From Squalus acanthias (taxonomy: Eukaryota), in the NCBI GenBank assembly GCA_030390025.1, contig JASTWF010000034.1:4836001-4900000 (forward strand): a DNA stretch of 64,000 bases. Direction: 5' to 3'. The notes below the pieces were generated by a model. It saw only the letters and a program-made list of their open reading frames with translations, made no database searches and was not told the DNA's origin. This document shows, in pieces, positions 1 through 13,531 of this stretch. A program made the position numbers and the translations under genes. The first letter of the stretch is position 1; each line of letters opens with the position of its first letter.

Positions 1-932
1 ATTTAACAATTAACTGTGTCAGTTTTACCGTGTATTGGTTATCATACCCAATTTAACAATTAACTGTGACAGTTTTACCCTGTGTATTGGTTATCATATC
101 CAATTTAACAATTAACTGTGACAGTTTTACCCGTTGTATTGGTTATCATACCCAATTTAACAATTAACTGTCAGTTTTACCCTGTGTATTGGTTATCATA
201 TCCAATTTAACAATTAACTGTGTCAGTTTTACCGTGTATTGGTTATCATACCCAATTTAACAATTAACTGTGACAGTTTTACCCTGTGTATTGGTTATCA
301 TCCCCAATTTAACAATTAACTGTGACAGTTTTACCCTGTGTATTGGTTATCATCCCCAATTTAACAATTAACTGTGACAGTTTTACCCTGTGTATTGGTT
401 ATCATACACAATTTTACAATTAAATGTGACAGTTTTACCCTGTGTATTGGTTATCATACCCAATTTAACAATTAACTGTCAGTTTTACTGTGTATTGGTT
501 ATCGTACCCAATTTAACAATTAACTGTGACAGTTTTACCCTGTGTATTGGTTATCATACCCAATTTAACAATTAACTGTCAGTTTTACACTGTGTATTGG
601 TTATCATACCCAATTTAACAATTAACTGTGACAGTTTTACCCTGTGTATTGGTTATCATACCCAATTTAACAATTAACTGTCAGTTTTACACTGTGTATT
701 GGTTATCATACCCAATTTAACAATTAACTGTGACAGTTTTACCCTGTGTATTGGTTATCATACCCAATTTAACAATTAACTGACAGTTTTACCCTGTGTA
801 TTGGTTATCATGCCCAATTTAACAATTAACTGTGACAGTTTTACTCTGTGTATTGGTTATCTTACCCAATTTAACAATTAACTGACAGTTTTGCCCTGTG
901 TATTGGTTATCATACCCAATTTAACAATTAAC
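1..932. repeat. AT-rich satellite, ~50-52 bp unit (ATTTAACAATTAACTGTGACAGTTTTACCCTGTGTATTGGTTATCATACCCA), running off the left edge
   Basis: About 18 head-to-tail copies read directly; degenerate units recur at ~1110-1160 and ~2230-2340, on both sides of the L2 insertion. Confidence 0.97.
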
Positions 933-1176
933 TAACTTTATGCACTTGTGTATTATTTTTCAAGTCAAATTTAAATAACTGTAGCTGTTGTTTCCCCTCT
1001 ATGCTTACTATGTCAATTTTTACAAATAATTGCAACGTTCTGAATAAAATAATAAGTAAGATTTGGAGTAGGTCCTGCGCTACAATCTTTTTATTAGTTT
1101 TCATGTCCAATTTATCAATCAACAGTGCCTTTGTTCCTCGGTGTATTGGTTACCACTTCCATTTTAAAACCACCTC

Positions 1177-2198
1177 AACAACAACAACAACTTGTATTTA
1201 TACAGCGCCTTTAACGTAGTAAAACGTCGCAAGGCGCTGCTCAGGTGTTGAAGACACAAAAATGGCTCCGTTCCACATCAGGATAAATTCGGACAGGTGA
1301 ATAAAAGCTTGGTCAAAGAGGTAGGTTTTAATGAGCGTCTTCAAGGAGGAAAGAGAGGTAGCGAGGCGGAGAGGTTTAGGCTGGGAATTCCAGAGCTTAG
1401 GGCCGAGGCAACAGAAGGCACGGCCACCAAATGTTGAGCGATTATAATCAGGGATGCTCAAGAGGGCAGAATTAGAGGAGCGCAGATATCTCGGGGGGTT
1501 GTGGGGCTGAAGGAGATTAGAGATAGGCAGGGGCGAGGCCATGGAGGGATTTGAAAACAAGGATGAGAATTTTGAAATCGAGGTGCTGCTTAACCGGGAG
1601 CCAGTGTAGGTCAGCGAGCACAGGGGAGATGGGTGAACGGGACTTGGTGCGAGTTAGGACACGGGCAGCCGAGTTTTGGATGGCCTCAAGTTTTCATTGG
1701 GTGGAATGTGGGAGGCCAGCCAGGAGTGCGTTGGAATAGTCAAGTCTAGAAGTAACAAAGGCATGGATGAGGATTTCAGCAGCGGATGAGAGGAGGCAAG
1801 GGCGGAGACGGGCGATGTTACGGAGGTGGAAGTAGGCGGCCTTTGTTATGCTGCGGATATGTGGTCGGAGGCTCACTTCAGGGTCAAATATGACACCAAT
1901 GTTGTGAACTGTGTGGTTCAGCCTCAGACAGATGTTAGGGAGAGGGATGGAGTCAGTGGCTAGAGAAAGGTGTTGGTGGCGGGGACCCAAAACAATGGCT
2001 TCGGTCTTCCCAATATATAATTGGAGAAACTTTTGGCTCATTCAGAACTGTATCTCGGAGAAGCAGTCTGACAATTGAGACACTGTGAAGGGGTCGAGAG
2101 AAGAGGTAGTGAGGTTGAGCTGGGTGTCGTCAGCGTACATGTGGAAACTGACACTGTGTTTTGTGATGATGTCACCAAGGGGCAACGAGTAGATGAGA
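1177..2198 (-). mobile_element. 5'-truncated L2-clade LINE (RT C-terminus and 3' tail)
   Basis: Peptides HMYADDTQLY, ...AYFHLRNIARLRPCL...HAFVTSRLDYSNALLAGLP and GGRAF...PKLWNS. The 3' end has an AGCGCCTT...AAGGCGCT stem-loop and a (TTG)n tail. Confidence 0.92.
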
Positions 2199-2344
2199 AA
2201 TCTCTCGCTCTATTCCCCTCTGTGCTGGTTGTCATGTTCAAGTTAACAATTAATGATAAATTTATTGCCCTGTGTCTTGCTGATCAAGCCCAATTTACCA
2301 ATTCACTGGATCTTTATTCCACTGTGTATTTGTTATCAGGGAGA

Positions 2345-4080
2345 GCCAGCCCACATTTGTTGAAGGCAAATCGTGTTTGACTAAACTGATTGAGAGTTTT
2401 GATGAGGTAACAGGGTTGATGAGGGCTGTGCAGTTGATGTTCTGTATTCGGACATTCAAAAGGCGTTTGATAAAGTTACACATATTAGGCTTGTTAGCAA
2501 ATTAAAGCCCGTGGGATAAAAGGGGCAGAGGCAGCATGGATACAAATTGGATCAGGGACAGAAAACACAGAATTGTGTTGAATGGCTGTCTTCGGGCTGG
2601 AGGGAGGTAAATAGTGCAGTTCCCCAGGGTTCAGTACTGGGGCTAGAGGGAGGTAAATAGTGGAGTTCCCCAGGGTTCAGTACTGGGGACTGGAGGGAGG
2701 TATACAGTGGAGTTCCCCAGGGTTCAGTACTGGGGTCTGGAGGGAGGTATACAGTGGAGTTCCCCAGGGTTCAGTACTGGGGTCTGGAGGGAGGTATACA
2801 GTGGAGTTCCCCAGGGTTCAGTACTGGGGTCTGGAGGGAGGTATACAGTGGAGTTCCCCAGGGTTCAGTACTGGGGTCTGGAGGGAGGTACACAGTGGAG
2901 TTCCCCAGGGTTCAGTACTGGGGTCTGGAGGGAGGTTTACAGTGGAGTTCCCCAGGGTTCAGTACTGGGGTCTGGAGGGAGGGATACAGTGGAGTTCCCC
3001 AGGGTTCAGTATTGGGGTCTGGAGGGAGGGATACAGTGGAGTTCCCCAGGGTTCAGTACTGGGGGCTGGAGGGAGGTATACAGTGGAGTTCCCCAGGGTT
3101 CAGTATTGGGGTCTGGAGGGAGGGATACAGTGGAGTTCCCCAGGGTTCAGTACTGGGGGGAGGGGGGAGACATAAATGACATAGTTATAGTCATACTTTT
3201 CCATTACTGATTGATATTATTTATTATGTATTTCTAATCGCTCTTTAATGGGCATATAATTGGCAAATGCAATTTATACAGATAAATCTGAGGTATTACA
3301 TTTTGGTAAGAAAAGTAGAGCGGTCACATATTACATTGAAAATAAAAATCTAAATTGGGTAGAGGAGCAAAGGAATCTCAGAGTACAAATACACACATCA
3401 CTGAAAGTAGCGACACAGGTTAATAAGGCCATAAAAAGCAAACCAATCACTCGGGTTTATTTCTGGAGGGGTAGAATTGAAAAGTAGTGAATTTACTCTA
3501 AACTTGTATCGAACCTTGTTTAGATCACACTTGGAATGCTGCGTACAATTCTGGTCGCTATATTCTAAAAAGGATATAGAGACACTGGAGAGGTTGCAGA
3601 GAAGATTTACACGGATAATACCAGAAAAGCAAGGTATACGTATTAGGAACGGATGAACAGGCTGGGTCTCCTTTCTCTTGAAGGCTGAGGGTTGACCTGA
3701 TAGAGGTCTTTAAAATGAGGAAAGGTTTTGATGGAGTAGATAGAGACAGAGTGTTTCCACTTGTGGGGAAGAGCAAAATTAGGGGCCATCAATATGAGAT
3801 AATCACCAAGAAATCAATAAGGGAATTCAGAAGAAACCTCTTTACCCAGAGAGTGGTGAGAATGTGGAACTCGCTACCACAGGGAGTGGTTGAAGCGAAT
3901 AGTATTGATGCATTTAAGGGGCAGTTAGATAAGCATATGTGGGAGAAGGGAATAGAGGGTTACGCTGATAGAATTAGATGAGGTAAGACGGGAGGAGGCT
4001 CGAGTGGAGCACAAACGCTGGCATGGACTGGTTGGGTCGAATGGCCTTGTTCTGTGCTGTCTACCCCATGTAATCCTCTG
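2345..4080 (+). mobile_element. Degraded CR1 LINE ORF2 3' part, containing an internal 47-bp tandem amplification
   Basis: KGKSCLT..., DIQKAFDKV, GVPQGSVLG and FTQRVVRMWNSLPQ..V.A.S...FK..LD motifs, followed by a CR1-type 3' UTR. Confidence 0.9.
2597..3158 (+). repeat. 47-bp minisatellite (~12 copies) derived from CR1 RT sequence encoding WREVYSGVPQGSVLG
   Basis: Unit TGGAGTTCCCCAGGGTTCAGTACTGGGGTCTGGAGGGAGGTATACAG; it is collinear with the flanking CR1 ORF2. Confidence 0.95.
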
Positions 4081-4084
4081 TTAG

Positions 4085-4930
4085 AGAGTAAAGCTCTCAT
4101 CAAAAACCTCCAGGTCAGGAACAGTGGGTTAGATACAAAGTAAAGCTCCCTCTACACTTCCCCACCAAACAGTCCCAGGGCAGGTACAGCATAGGTTAGA
4201 TACAAAGTAAAGCTCCATCAACACTGTCCCACCAAACACTCCCAGGGCAGGTACAGCACGGGTTAGATACAGAGTAAAGCTCCCTCTACACTGTCCCACC
4301 AAACACTCCTAGGGCAGGTACACCACGGGTTAGATACAGAGTAAAGCTCCCTCTGCACTGTCCCACCAAACACTCCCAGGGCAGGTACAGCACTGGTTAG
4401 ATACAGAGTAAAGCTCCCTCTGCACTGCCCCATCAAACACTCCCAGGGCAGGTACAGCACGGGTTAGATACAGAGTAAAGCTCTCTCTGCACTGTCCCAC
4501 CAAACACTTCCAGGGCAGGTACAGCACTAGTTAGATACAGAGTAAAGCTCCCTCTACACTGCCCCATCAAACACTCCCAGGGCAGGTACAGCACGGGTTA
4601 GATACAGAGTAAAGCTCCCTCTACCCTGTCCCATCAATCACTCCCAGGTCGGTACAGCACGGGTTAGATACAAAGTAAAGCTCCCTCTACACTGCCCCAC
4701 CAAACATTCCCAGGGCAGGGACAGCACGGGTGAGGTACAGAGTAACGTTCCCTCCAATTTGGTTCATCAACACAACCAACTCTGATACATCATGTGTTCA
4801 ATGCAGCCTACAGCTCACTTGACACTACCCAATGAAGCACAACCAGCTCGGGTACAGCATGGGGTCAATACAGAATAAAGATCCCTCTACATGTAAGTGT
4901 CAAACACTCCCGGGTGAGGTACGGGCAAGG
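4085..4930 (-). repeat. 67-bp satellite array (reverse orientation), degenerating toward 4930
   Basis: Period 67 (GGTTAGATAC at 4261 and 4328); it is the reverse complement of the unit at 8835-11262. Confidence 0.95.
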
Positions 4931-5026
4931 TTTATCTCCGAGTTAAGCTCCGCTCAACTTACCACATCAAAGGCCGAGCCTGACGGCAGATGTTGACCAG
5001 CTCCCAGTATCTGGTTAGACTCTCAC

Positions 5027-5243
5027 CTCGGCAGAACCTTGGACTGGTGGAATTCTCAGTAAAGTTCCTCACCTTTCCAATTATTGTTGAAGCTTCCCGT
5101 TTTATCCCGTCTCCGACACTGGGGTTCTCGATCCCACCAGATCTGCTCTGTGAAACCAGCGACATTTCTCCAGTCCCAGTCAGTGAGGCGATGATTCGAC
5201 TTCTCTCTCTCCACCTTCCTGAGATATTGCTCACTCCCAGAGA
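5027..5243 (-). CDS. Putative exon 2 (217 nt) of an unidentified gene, copy 1; ATG at 5165 gives MSLVSQSRSGGIENPSVGDGIKREASTIIGKVRNFTENSTSPRFCR followed by a phase-1 donor
   Basis: Acceptor TTTTTCTATTGACAG and donor GAG|GTGAGA; non-TE sequence; same length and splice sites in three copies. Product not identifiable. Confidence 0.55.
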
Positions 5244-5428
5244 CTGTCAATAGAAAAATGATTCATATTAATCCCAGATCCAGTACCTGGAATACAGTGG
5301 GACTGTTTTTGTGACTGGGATTGTATCTAATTTCATTATATTTGCAATTAATGTGTATTTGAATTACTTACATTAATATTAAATTGTTCCTTTCAGCCCT
5401 TTGCCCTGTTTATTGGGACTAAACTCAC

Positions 5429-5550
5429 TGCCAGTGTCAGCTGTCACTCCAGCTCCTCCCACACTGACATCCCACTGATGGGCCGTAACCAGGGGCGGGG
5501 CCCTGTTTCCAAGTGACATCACACAGGAGCAGGGAGCCAATCAATCAAAG
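5429..5550 (-). promoter_or_regulatory. Putative promoter and short non-coding exon 1, copy 1
   Basis: Donor GCA|GTGAGT at 5429/5428, GC box GGGGCGGGG (5492-5500), CRE-like TGACATCA (5514-5521) and CCAAT element (~5538). Confidence 0.5.
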
Positions 5551-5609
5551 AGCAGCCTGGAAAACTGTTAAAGCGGCCAAGCCCCTCCCAATCCCCCCGG
5601 GGCAGGTAC

Positions 5610-8600
5610 ATAACGAACATACGATTAGGAGCAGGAGTCGGCCATTCGGCCCCTCAAGCCTGTTCCGCCATTCAATAAGATCATGGCTGATCTGATCACT
5701 CCACATTCCCATCCAACCCCCGATAACCTTTCACCCCCTTGCTTACCAAGAATCTATCTACGTCCGCCTTAAAATATTCAAATACTCTGCTTCCACCGCC
5801 CTCTGAGGAAGAGAGTTCCAAAGACTCACGACCCTCTGAGAAAAAACATTCTCCTCATCTCTGTCTAAAATGGGCGCTCCATTATTTTTAAACAGTGACC
5901 CCTAGTTCTAGATTCTCCCACAAGAGGAAACATCCTCTCCGCATCCACCCTGTCAAGACCCCTCGGGATCTTATAGGTTTCAATCAAGTCACCTCTTACT
6001 CTTCTAAACTCCATTGGATACAAGCCTAGCCTGCCCAACCTTTCCTCATAAGACAACCCGCCCATTCCAGGTATTAGTCTAGTAAACCTTCTCTGAACTG
6101 CTTCCAACGCATTTACATCCTTCCTTAAATAAGGAGACTAATACTGTACTCAGTACTCCAGATGTGGTCTCACCAATGCCCTCTATAACTGAAGCATAAA
6201 CTCCCTACTTTTGTAAACGTTAACATTCTATTAGCTGTCCTAATTACTCGCGGTACCTGCATACTAACCTTTTGCGATTCATGCACTAGGACACCCAGAA
6301 CCCTCTGCATCTCAAAGCTCTGCAATCTCTCACCATTTAGATAATATGCTTATTTTTTATTTTTCCTGCCAAAATGCACAATTGCACATTTTCACACATT
6401 ATACTCTATTTGCCAGATATTTGCCCACTCACTTAACCTATTTAAAAACCTTTGTAGCCTCCATATGTCGTCTTCATAATTTACTTTCCTACCTATCTTT
6501 TTATCATCAGCAAATTTAGCAACCATACCTTCGGTCCCTTCATCCAAGGCATTTATATAAATTGTAAAAAGTTGAGGCCCCAGCATTATCCCTGTGGCAC
6601 ACTACACGTCACATCTTGCCAACCAGAAAATGACCCATTTATGCCTACACTCCGTTTCCTGTTAGCTAGCCAATCTTCTATCCATGCCAATATGTTACCC
6701 CCTACACCATGAGCTTCTATTTTCCGAAATAACCTTTGATGTGGCACCTTATCAAATGCCTTCTGGAAATCTAAGTACAGTACATCCACCGCTTCCCCTT
6801 TATCCACAGCACATGTTGCTTCCTCAAAGAACTCCAAATAAATTGGTTAAACATGATTTCCCTTTCACAAAACCATGCTGACTCTGCCTGATTACCTTGA
6901 ACTTTTACAAGTGCCCTGCTATAACGTCTTTAATAATAGTTTCTAGCATCTTCCCTAAGACAGGTGTTAAGGTAACTGGCCTGTAGTTTCCTGCTTTCTG
7001 TCTCCCTCCCTTTTTGAATAAAGGAGTTACAATCGCTATTTTCTAATCTAATGGAACCTTCCCCGAATCTAGGGAATTTTGGAAAATTAAAACCAACGCA
7101 TCAACTATCTCACTAGCTACTTCTTTTAAGACCCTAGGATTAAGTCCATCAGGACCCGGGGACTTGTCAGCCCGCATCTCCAACAATTTCCTCAGTACTA
7201 CTTCCCTGGTGATTGTAATTTTCTTGACTTCCTCCCTCCTTCCATTTCCTGATTTACAGCTGTTTCTGGGATGTTACTTGTATCCTCTATAGTGAAGACC
7301 GATGCAAAGTACCTGTTCAATTCAACTGCCATCGCCTTATTTTCCATTATTAATTCCCCAGGACCAACGCTCCCTTTGTTAACTCTTCTCTTTTTAGAAT
7401 ATCTATAGAAACTCTTACTATCTGTTTTTATATTTCTAGCTAGCTTTCTCTCGTACTCTCATTTTTCTCTCCTTATTAATCTTTTAGTAATTCTTTGCTG
7501 TTTGTTTATATTCTGTCCAATCTTCTGACCTGCCACCCATCTTTTCACCATTATATGCTTTTTCTTTAAGTTTAATACTATCTTTAACTTTTTTAGTTAA
7601 CCACGGATGGTGGGTCCTCCCCTTGGAATTTTTCTTTCTCGTTGGAATGGATCTATTCTGTGTATTCTGAAATATCCCATTAAATGTCTGCCACTGCAGC
7701 TCTATTGACCTATCGCTTACTCTAGTTTGCCAGTTCACTTTAGCTAGCTCTGCTATCATGCCATCATAATTGCCCTTATTTAAGTTAGAAAAAAATAGTC
7801 TTGGACCAAATCTTCTCTCCCTCAAACTGAATGTAAAATTCAATCATATTATGATCGCTGCGACCTAGGGGCACCTTCACTATGTGGTCATTAATTAATC
7901 TTATCTTGTTTCACAATACCAGGTCTACTATAGCCTGCTCTCTGGTTGGCTCCAGAACGTGCTGTTCGAAGAAACTGTCCCAAAAACATTCAATGAACTC
8001 CTCATCTAGGCTACCTTTGCCCATCTGATTTTTCCATCTATATGTAGATTATAATCCCCCATGATTATTGCCGTACCTTTCTGACAAGCTCCCATTATTT
8101 CTTCCTTGATACTCCATCCTAACGTGTGGTTACTGTTAGGTGGCCTGTACACCACTTCCACAAGTGACTTCTTGCCTTCATCATTTCTCATCTCTACCCA
8201 AACCGCTTCTACATCCTGGTTTCCTGAACTTAAGTCATCCCTCTATTGCGCTAATACCATTATTAATTTACAGAGCCACCCCTCCACTTTTTCCTAAATA
8301 TCATGTACCCTTCAATATTCAGGTCCCAATGTTTGTCATCCTGCAGCCATGTCTCTGTAATGGCTATCAGATTGTACTTATTTAATTCTATTTGCACCAT
8401 CAGTTCTTCTGTTTTGTTTCGAATGCTTCGTGCATTCAGATACAGAGCCTTTAGTTTTGTCCTTTTCTTATTTTTGTAACCTTTAGCCTTATCTGTTGAT
8501 TTACTCTTAGATTTGTACTCTCTATCCCTTCCCGTCACGGCCTGTAAATCATTTCCCATATTAATACCTTTCTCTCCTGTCTTGTTTTTACTCTTTGATT

Positions 8601-8826
8601 TACCACATCTTCCCAGATTTGATCCCTGGCCCCCAATATTTAGTTGAAAGCCCTCTCTACCGCCCTAGTTATATGTCTCGCCAGAACACTAGTCCCAGCA
8701 AGGTTCAGGTGAAGACCAACCCAACGGTACAGATCCCACTTTCCCCAGTACTTGTGCTAGTGCCCCAGGAAGCAAAACCAATTTCTCCCATACCAGTCTT
8801 TGAGCTACGCATTCATCTCTCTAATT
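5610..8826 (-). mobile_element. CR1 LINE (end of ORF1 and whole decayed ORF2: APE endonuclease + RT)
   Basis: LKALYLNARSIRNK, IAITETWL, VVYRPPNS, IMGD.NL, YLDFQKAFDKVPH, KFADD and VQRRFTRLIPG motifs; 3' tail at 5610. Confidence 0.95.
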
Positions 8827-8834
8827 TGAAGTAA

Positions 8835-11262
8835 CAGGGTAGAGGGAGCTTTACTCCGTATCTAAACCGTGCAGTATCTGCCCTGGGAGTGTTCGATTGG
8901 TCTTTGTAGAGGGAGCTTTACTCTGTATCTAAACCATGCTGTACCTGCCCTGGGAGTGTTTGATGGGTATTTGTAGAGGGAGCTTTACTCTGTATCTAAC
9001 CCGTGCTGTACCTGCCCTGGGAGTGTTTGATGGGTCTTTGTAGAGGGAGCTTTACTCTGTATCTAACCCGTGCTGTATCTGCCCTGGGAGTGTTTGATGG
9101 GTATTTGTAGAGGGAGCTTTACTTTGCATCAATCCCTGTGCTGTACCTGCCCTGGGAGTGTTCGATAGGTCTTTGTCAAGGGAGCTTTACTCTGTACCTA
9201 ACCCGTGGACTACCTGCCCTGCGAGTATTTAATGCGACAGTGATGAGGGAGCTTTACTCTGTATCCAACCTGGGCTGTACCTGCCCTGGAAATGTTTGAT
9301 GTCAGTGTCCAGCAAGCTTTACTCTGTATCTAAACTGTTCTGTAACTGCCCTGGCACTTTTTGATAGGACAGTGTAAAGGGAGCTTTACTCTGTACCTTA
9401 CCCATGCACTACTTGCCTTGCGAGTGTTAGATGGGACAGTGTAGAGTGAGCTTTACTCTGCATCTTACCTGTGCTGTAACTGCCCTGGGAGTGTTTGATG
9501 GGACAGTGTAGAGGGAGCTTGACTCTGTAACTAACCCATGCACTAACTGCCCAGCGAGTGTTTGATGGGACAGTGTAGAGGGTGCTTTATTCTATATCTA
9601 ACCATTGCAGTACCTGCCCTGGGAGTGTATGATGGGAATCTGTAGAGGGATCTTTACTCTGCATCTGACCTGTGCTGTAACTGTCCTGGGAGTGTTTGAT
9701 GGGACAGTGTCAAGGTAGCTTTACTCTTCATCTTACCTGTGCTGTACCTAAACTGGGAGTGTTTGATGGGACAGTGTAGAGGGAGCTTTACTCTGTAACT
9801 AACCCATGCACTAACTGCCCAGCGAGTGTTTGATGCGACAGTGTAGAGGGAGCTTCACTCTGTATCTAACCTGTGCTGTACCTGCCCTGGGAGTGTTGGA
9901 TGCAACAGTGCAGAGGGAGCTCTACTCTATATCTAACCATTGTTGTATCTGCACTAGGTGTTTTTGATGGCACAATGTATTGTGAGCTATACTCGGTATC
10001 TAACCCGTGCAGTACCTGGCCTGGGAGAGTTTGTTGGAACAGGATAGAGGGGTCTTTACTCTGTATCTAACCCGTGCTGTACCTGCCCAGGGAGTGTTTG
10101 ATGGGACAGTGTAGAGTTAGCTTTACTCTGCATCTTACCCGTGCAGTGCCAGGCCTTGGAGTGTTTGATGTGATAGTATACAAGGAGCTTTACTCTGTAC
10201 CTAATCAATGCACTAACTGCCCTGCGAGTGTTTGATGGGACAGTGCTGTGGGAGCTTTACTCGATATCTAACCCGTGCTGTAACTGGCCTGAGAGTGTTT
10301 GATGCAACAGTGTAGAGGCAACATTACTCTGTATCTTACCTGTGCTGTACCTGACCTGGGAGTGTTTGAAGGGATAGTATAGAGGGAGCTTTATTCGGTA
10401 TCTTACGGTGTGCTGTAGCTGCCCTGGGAGTGTGTGATGGGTCCGTTTAGAATGAGATTTAATCTGCAGCTAAACTGTGATATACCTGCCCTGTCAGGTA
10501 TTGAAACGACAGTGTAGAGGGAGCTTTACTCGGTATCTAAGCCGTGCTGTATCTGCCCTGGGAGTCACTGATGGGACAGTGTAGAGGGAGCTTTACTCTG
10601 TATCAAACCCGTGCTGTTGCTGCCCTGGGAGTGTTTATGGGACAGTGTAGAGGGATCTTTAATCTGTATCTAAACCGTACCTGTTCCTGCCCTGGGAGTG
10701 TTTGTTGGGACAGTATAGAGGGAGCTTTACTCTGGATGTAACCCGTGCTGCACATGACCTGGGATTGTTTGATGTCATAATGTGGAGAGAGCATTACTCA
10801 GTATCTAACCCGTACTCAACCTGCCCTGAGAGTGTGTGTTGGGACAGTGTAGAGGAAGCTTTACTCTGTATCTAAACATTGCTGTACCTGCCCCGGGAGC
10901 ATGTGTTGGGACAGTGTAGAGGAAGCTTTACTCCGTATCTAAAACTTGCTGTACCTGCCCTGGGAGTATGTGTTGGGACAGTTTAGAGGAAGCTTTACTC
11001 TGTATCTAAACCTTACTGTACCTGCCCTGGGAGTGTTTGATGGGATTGTGTAGAGGGCTCTTTACTCTGTATCTGAATATTGCTGTACCTGCCCTGGGAG
11101 TGCAAAAACGGGCAGTGTATTGTGCGCTTTACTGTATATCTAACCCATGCTGCACCTAACCTGCGAGAGTTTGATGGGACAGTGCAGAGGGATCTTTACT
11201 AAGTATCTAACAACTGCTATACCTGCACTGGGACTGTTTGATGGGACAGTGTAGTGGGAGCC
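8835..11262 (+). repeat. 67-bp satellite array (~36 diverged copies)
   Basis: Unit GAGGGAGCTTTACTCTGTATCTAACCCGTGCTGTACCTGCCCTGGGAGTGTTTGATGGGACAGTGTA. Confidence 0.97.
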
Positions 11263-11590
11263 TTATAACTCTTTATAACGTTAGAATCCTTAATAATCAT
11301 TTACAAAAGGTGTATAACGGGTTAATAAGGATTATATTGATTTATAAAGGGTCATGTCCCTTTATCTTATTTTGCATCACTTTGTACCCCATTCAATACC
11401 CTTTATAATACTTTGTCAATCATTATAACACTTTATAAGCCTTTGTCGATCATTACAACCCTTTATATTCCTTAACAATTCATCATAACACTTTATATTC
11501 TATTATCAACCTTTATATATCATTATAATACTTTATATTCATTTATAATAATTTATAACCCAGCATAATCCTTTATAAACTTTTATAAAG
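11263..11590. repeat. AT-rich low-complexity degenerate repeat (CTTTATAA/CATTATAA motifs)
   Basis: Recurrent CTTTATA words read directly. Confidence 0.6.
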
Positions 11591-11599
11591 CGTCAGGAT

Positions 11600-12657
11600 A
11601 CAGCGTAGGGATAATGGGTAGGTACTCAAATTGGCAGGATGTGACTCCTGGTGTCCGGCAGGGCTGTGTTTTGGGGCCTCAGCTATTCACAATATTTATT
11701 AATGACTTCGCTGATGTCATAGAAAGTCATATACCCAAATTTGCCGATGACACAAAGATAGGCAGCATTGTAGGCAGTGTAGGTGAAACCATAAAATTAC
11801 AAAGGGATATTGACAGATTAAGGGAATAGGCAAAACTATGGCAAATGGATTTCAATGTAAGCAAATGTGAGGTCAATCACTTTGGACCCTAAAAGGATAG
11901 AACAGGTTACTTTCTAAATGGTGAAAAGCTAAAAACAGTGGATGTCCAAAGAGACTTGTGGGGTCCAGGTACATAGATCATTAAAATGTCATGAACAGGT
12001 ACAGAAAATAATGAAAAAGGCTAATGGAAAGCTGGTCTTTATATCTAAAGGACTAGATTACAAGGGTGTAGAAGTTATTCTGCAGCTATACAAAACCCTG
12101 GTTAGATCACACCTGGAGTACTGTGAGCAGTTCTGGGTACCACACCTTAGGAAGGATATATTGGCCATGGAGGGAGTGCAGCGCAGGTTTATCAGAATGA
12201 TACCCAGACTTCAAGGGTTAAGTTACGAGGAGAGATTACACAAATTAGGGTTCTATTCCCTAGAATTTAGAATGTTAAGGGGTGATCTGAGCGACGTTTT
12301 CAGGATATTAAGGGGAACAGATAGAGTAGATAGCGAGAAACTATTTCCATTGGTGGGGATACTAGGACTGGAGGCACAGTCTAAGAATTAGAGGCAGTCC
12401 TTTCAGGAGTGAAATTAGGAAACACTTCGACACACAAAGTGGGAGAAATTTGGAACTCTCTTCCACAAACGGAAGTGGATGCTAGATAAATTGTTAATTT
12501 TAAATCGGAGATTTATTGCTTTTTGTTAACCAAAGGTATGAAGGGATATGGGCCAAAGGCGGGTATATGGAGTTAGATCGCAGATCAGTCAATGATCGCA
12601 TTGAATGGGGCAACAGGCTCGAGGGGCTGAATGGCCGACTCCTCTTCCTATGTTCTT
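11600..12657 (+). mobile_element. 5'-truncated CR1 LINE (RT C-terminal half and 3' UTR)
   Basis: GV.QG.VLGPQLFTIFIND, KFADDTK, HLEYC.QFW.P and VQRRF motifs; tail CCTATGTTCTT. Confidence 0.93.
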
Positions 12658-12744
12658 CAGTGTAGGATCCGTTGATTGTTAGCCCTCCCCAAATGCATTA
12701 CCTCACACTTCTCCGGATTGAATTCCATTTGCCGCAATCTTCCT

Positions 12745-13290
12745 GCATGTAGCATGAGTAATACACAGAGTAAAGCTCCCTTTACACTGCCCAATCAAAT
12801 AGTCCAAGGGCATGTATAGCACGGGTGAGATAGCGAGATGCAGAGTAAAGCACCCTTTACACTGCCCAATCAAACAGTCCAAGGGCAGGTATAGCACCGG
12901 TTAGATCGAGAGATACAGAGTAAAGCTCCCTTTACACTGTCCAATCAAACAGTCTAAGGGCAGGTATAGCACCGGTTAGATAGAAAGATACAGAGTAAAG
13001 CTCCCTTTACACTGCCCAATCAAACAGTCCAAGGGCAGGTACAGCACGGGCGAGATAGAGAGTTACAGAGTGAAGCTCCCTTTACACTGCCCAATCAAAC
13101 AGTCCAAGGGCAGGTACAGCACGGGTTAGATAGAGATACACAGAATAAAGCTCCCTTTACACTGCCCAATCAAACAGTCCAAGGGCACGAACAGCACGGG
13201 TTAGATAGAGAGAGACAGAGTAAACCTTCCTCTACACTGTCCACTCAAACACTCGCAGAGCAGGTACAGCGCGGGTGACATGCAAAGCTC
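12745..13290 (-). repeat. 75-bp variant of the 67-bp satellite (8-bp AG-rich insertion per unit)
   Basis: Period 75 (TTAGAT at 12901 and 12976); otherwise aligns to the 67-bp unit. Confidence 0.9.
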
Positions 13291-13531
13291 CCTCTAATAA
13301 AACATGTGCAGCGTACAGCTCCCTTGACACTACCCAATGAAGCACAACCAGCTCGGGTACAGCATGGGATGAATACAGAATAAAGATCTCACTACATGCA
13401 AGTGTCAAACTCTCCCGGGTGAGGTACGGGCAAGGTTTATCTCCGAGTTAAGCTCCGCTCAACTTGCCACATCAAAGGCCGAGCCAGATGGCAGATGTTG
13501 GACAGCTCCCAGTATCTGGTTGGACTCTCAC

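Noticed and set aside
2660..3210. Three overlapping 141-171 aa repetitive ORFs
   Set aside because: Produced by a stop-free 47-bp tandem unit cycling through the reading frames.
4990..5253. Plus-strand 87-91 aa ORF conserved in all three cassette copies
   Set aside because: Splice signals and promoter layout point to the minus strand; the conservation is explained by recent duplication.
1..11262. Regular repeat arrays resembling CRISPR
   Set aside because: Units are head-to-tail with no unique spacers, there are no cas genes, and the context is a vertebrate genome.
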